A stretch of 62,923 nucleotides of DNA, the filler included, from Licmophora abbreviata (taxonomy: Eukaryota), in assembly GCA_900291995.1 (NCBI GenBank). It is 7 parts of 7 records of this genome, joined end to end, with 100 filler letters (N's around TTAATTAATTAA, not from the genome) between each part and the next. Parts side by side here need not be neighbours in the genome. Positions count along the whole stretch, not along the records: positions 57,455 to 62,923 come from OLMU01001439.1; 6 more parts are not named here. The stretch is one strand, 5' to 3'. This document shows, piece by piece, positions 60,560 through 62,923 of this stretch (positions are counted from its first letter, which is position 1; every line of letters begins with the position of its first letter). Both the position numbers and the translations under genes were made by a program. The notes under the pieces are model-generated. The model was not told where the DNA came from. It saw nothing but the letters and a program-made list of their open reading frames with translations, and did not search any database.

Positions 60560-62923
60560 CTAGGACGCGAGGCTCATATCGACATCCTCACTCTCGTCCA
60601 GTGCCAAGCTTGGACTGCCGTCCGATGCCATGCTCATATTGGTCTCCCTTCCTGCAACAGATCGTCGCTTCTTATCGGAGCGAAACGTCATGGACCGTCC
60701 TGGAGCTGCTGGGGAAACAAAGGACTTGGCAGTGTTGTCAGAAATGACATCATCATCTTGCAGAGTCATCTTGATCGTGAGCGCCTCCTGTAATGCTCGA
60801 TTCAACATTTCCGAGCTAAATGGATCGTCCGGTTTTCGGCTGAGCGCCTGATGGTACAGCTCAATCGCACCATCCGTGTCCCCTTGTAAATGTTTGGTAA
60901 AACCCAATGCTGTAAAGGAAGTCGAGTTTCCCTGTCGTACATCCAAAACAAAACAATAGACTCGTCGTCAGTCCTACCGCTATGCAACAAAAACAGACGA
61001 ACGCTCTCAGACACATGTCATCATCAATTTCGTACCGGACAGAGCGCCAAACACTTTTCAAAGCAGTACGCCGCTTCCTCAAACTGCCTCGTCCGACGAT
61101 AACAGTGACCCAAATTAAACAAGGTTGGTTCCCAAAACGAATCTTGACATGCATCAATCGTCTCGTGCAAGTCCGTCGTATTCATCGTCACGACGACAGC
61201 CTGCAGAGCCCTCGTCAACCACACAATCGCCGCATCGTAATCACACCTCTGATAGGCTGCCACACCCAACTCATGCAAACACAATGGATCCCCTCCATTA
61301 CTACTCGCCTTGTAGGCTGACGTCAAAAAGTGCTGCGCCAGTACCAAATGATTCGTCCTGAGATACTCCATTCCCATGTACAGGAGCGGCACATGCTGCG
61401 CCGGCGCCAGTCGCTGTGCGGCCCGAAAGGTCGCCAGCGCCTGATCGCTTTCATCGCAGGCCGCAAAGGCACACCCAAAGGCAATCCACGCTTCCGTACA
61501 CTGCGGGTCGAGGCGCGTCGCGCGGCAAAAGTGGCGTTGGGCGGCATGGTAGCGACCGCAGCAATAATAGTAGGCGCCAACGGCGAACCACGAGCGGGCC
61601 AGTTTCGGAGAGGCCTCGACCCACGAGTGGGCAAGGCCAAAGAGAATCCGCTTTTGGTCGAGGGCGAGGAGTGTCGCGACGTGCACGAGACTGGCTTGGG
61701 GGCAGAGTGGGTCGCTGGAAAAGAGCTGCTGACAATAATACAGGGCCTGTTGCAAGTCGTGTCGGCGATAGCAGCGGGTCGCGGCGAGTGCAAGAGCCTC
61801 GGGAGTATCTTGCAGTTTGTGCACCGACCATAGTTTGTCAAAGGCATCGTCGACTGCTTGCTGCAAAGAGTGTGACGCCGCGGTACCTGTCGTTGTTGTC
61901 GGCATTTTTTGATTGTTCTCGTCCGGTTTGTTACCTCCTGATGATTGTTATCGTCGTCGTCATCATCATGTGTCAGTAGCATTCTATTGGAAGGCGTCAT
62001 GTGATGAATCGACGATGCGTCGGCCCGAAAGGGCAGATCCGACAATGGCATCCCATTCTGTTGTTGTTGTTGTTGCTGCGGCGGCGGCAAGTCAATTCGC
62101 GCCAAGTACATGCGTCTCAACCATTCCATGGTCGTTCTGTCCATATTCAGACTCCGCACCAAATCAAAGGCCTCCTGTGGCGATATTAAATTCCGATCCA
62201 TGAGTGAATGAAAGGCTTGTACACAGAGTGGGTCCGTCTGGAGTGCTCGTATCCAATAGGTGGCCGCACGATGAGGATGAGAGAGTTCGTCATAGGCGCG
62301 GCCCTGCCACCAACACAAGAGTGCGACGGGATGAATGTTAGTAGTGTCGTCCTTGTGTGAAAGACTGTCGGCAAGTAGCTTCCATGCTGCATCGTCGTCA
62401 TTGTCATTATTGTTTTCAGGAGTGTCGACACCATCCTGTTGTTGTTGGTGGTGGTGGTGGTGGTGTGGACGATGAAGAGTCCGTTCGACCAATTCCATCA
62501 GTTCCGCCCATTCTTGCAGACTCGCCAGTGCTTGCGTCGCCAAGAGTAAGGCTGGGACGCATACTTCACCAGACAAGAGCAGTGGTTGAAGGAGGGTGAC
62601 GCATCGTTGATGTTCGTGATTCGCATGCAATGCTTGTGCGTAGAGCAAATGATCGTCGAGGTCCAAGGTTTTGTGAAAAACAATGGAAGCATAAAAGACG
62701 GCCGTGGAGGGACTGGTCAAACGGCAATTTGTGGCGAGGTCTCGGAGTGTGGCGACGGGAATCGCATCGATGACGCTAGTCGTGTCGTTGGAAGTAGTAG
62801 TGTTGTTGTTGTTGTTGTTGTTGTTGGGAGTAGTAGTAGTGTTGTTGCTGTGGGTCGTTGGTGCACCACCCGCCACCAAGCCAAGCACACCTCCACTGTC
62901 ATCCCGTACTCCACCACCAGTAG
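60560..62923 (-). CDS. CDC16: Anaphase-promoting complex subunit 6 (CDC16/Cut9); 5' truncated; 1-nt frameshift about 61905-61945; intron 60932-61035
   Basis: TPR array with SWFAVGAYY, AWIAFGCAFA...ESDQAL, PLLYMGMEY, DPLCLHELGV, WEPTLFNLGHCYRR and AIELYHQAL. Confidence 0.93.
62790..62850. repeat. Coding trinucleotide microsatellites (GTT/GTA)n giving poly-N/T in CDC16; further poly-Q/H runs at about 62060-62090 and 62435-62465
   Basis: Directly visible gttgttgtt/gtagtagta/ggtggtggt runs. Confidence 0.85.

Overview
Gene-dense eukaryotic nuclear DNA with short GT-AG introns, most likely from a diatom. That call rests on bipartite plastid presequences, a DUF6824 protein, an RXL/MSM-type membrane protein and compact intergenic spacers. 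The window is a scaffold joined by six artificial 100-nt linkers (N44-TTAATTAATTAA-N44). About 27 protein-coding genes can be supported. Recognisable ones are RPS16, PP5, a MARCH6/Doa10 E3 ligase, SppA, mitochondrial uL23, FIG4/SAC, PGP synthase, NOP10, SmD3, a giant VPS13, LAMTOR3, Utp21/WDR36, syntaxin-5, an HSF, a SulP/SLC26 C-terminus, an F-box protein, a GTPBP1/2-like GTPase and CDC16/APC6; the rest are hypotheticals. I could not support any tRNA, rRNA, CRISPR array or transposon. The most unusual item is a predicted plastid-targeted protein of about 800 aa (51731-54580). It combines two protease-less I29-like modules, a coiled coil and nucleoporin-style FSFG/SLFG repeats in K/A/P spacers, making it a candidate pyrenoid or plastid condensate scaffold. 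It lies head-to-head, across a gap, with a SulP-cNMP transporter. Also notable are an RXL plus MSM/MSF-repeat type I membrane protein (silica or cell-wall candidate) and four same-polarity single-base frameshifts in conserved genes, probably assembly errors. All family calls are by motif recognition only; no searches were run.
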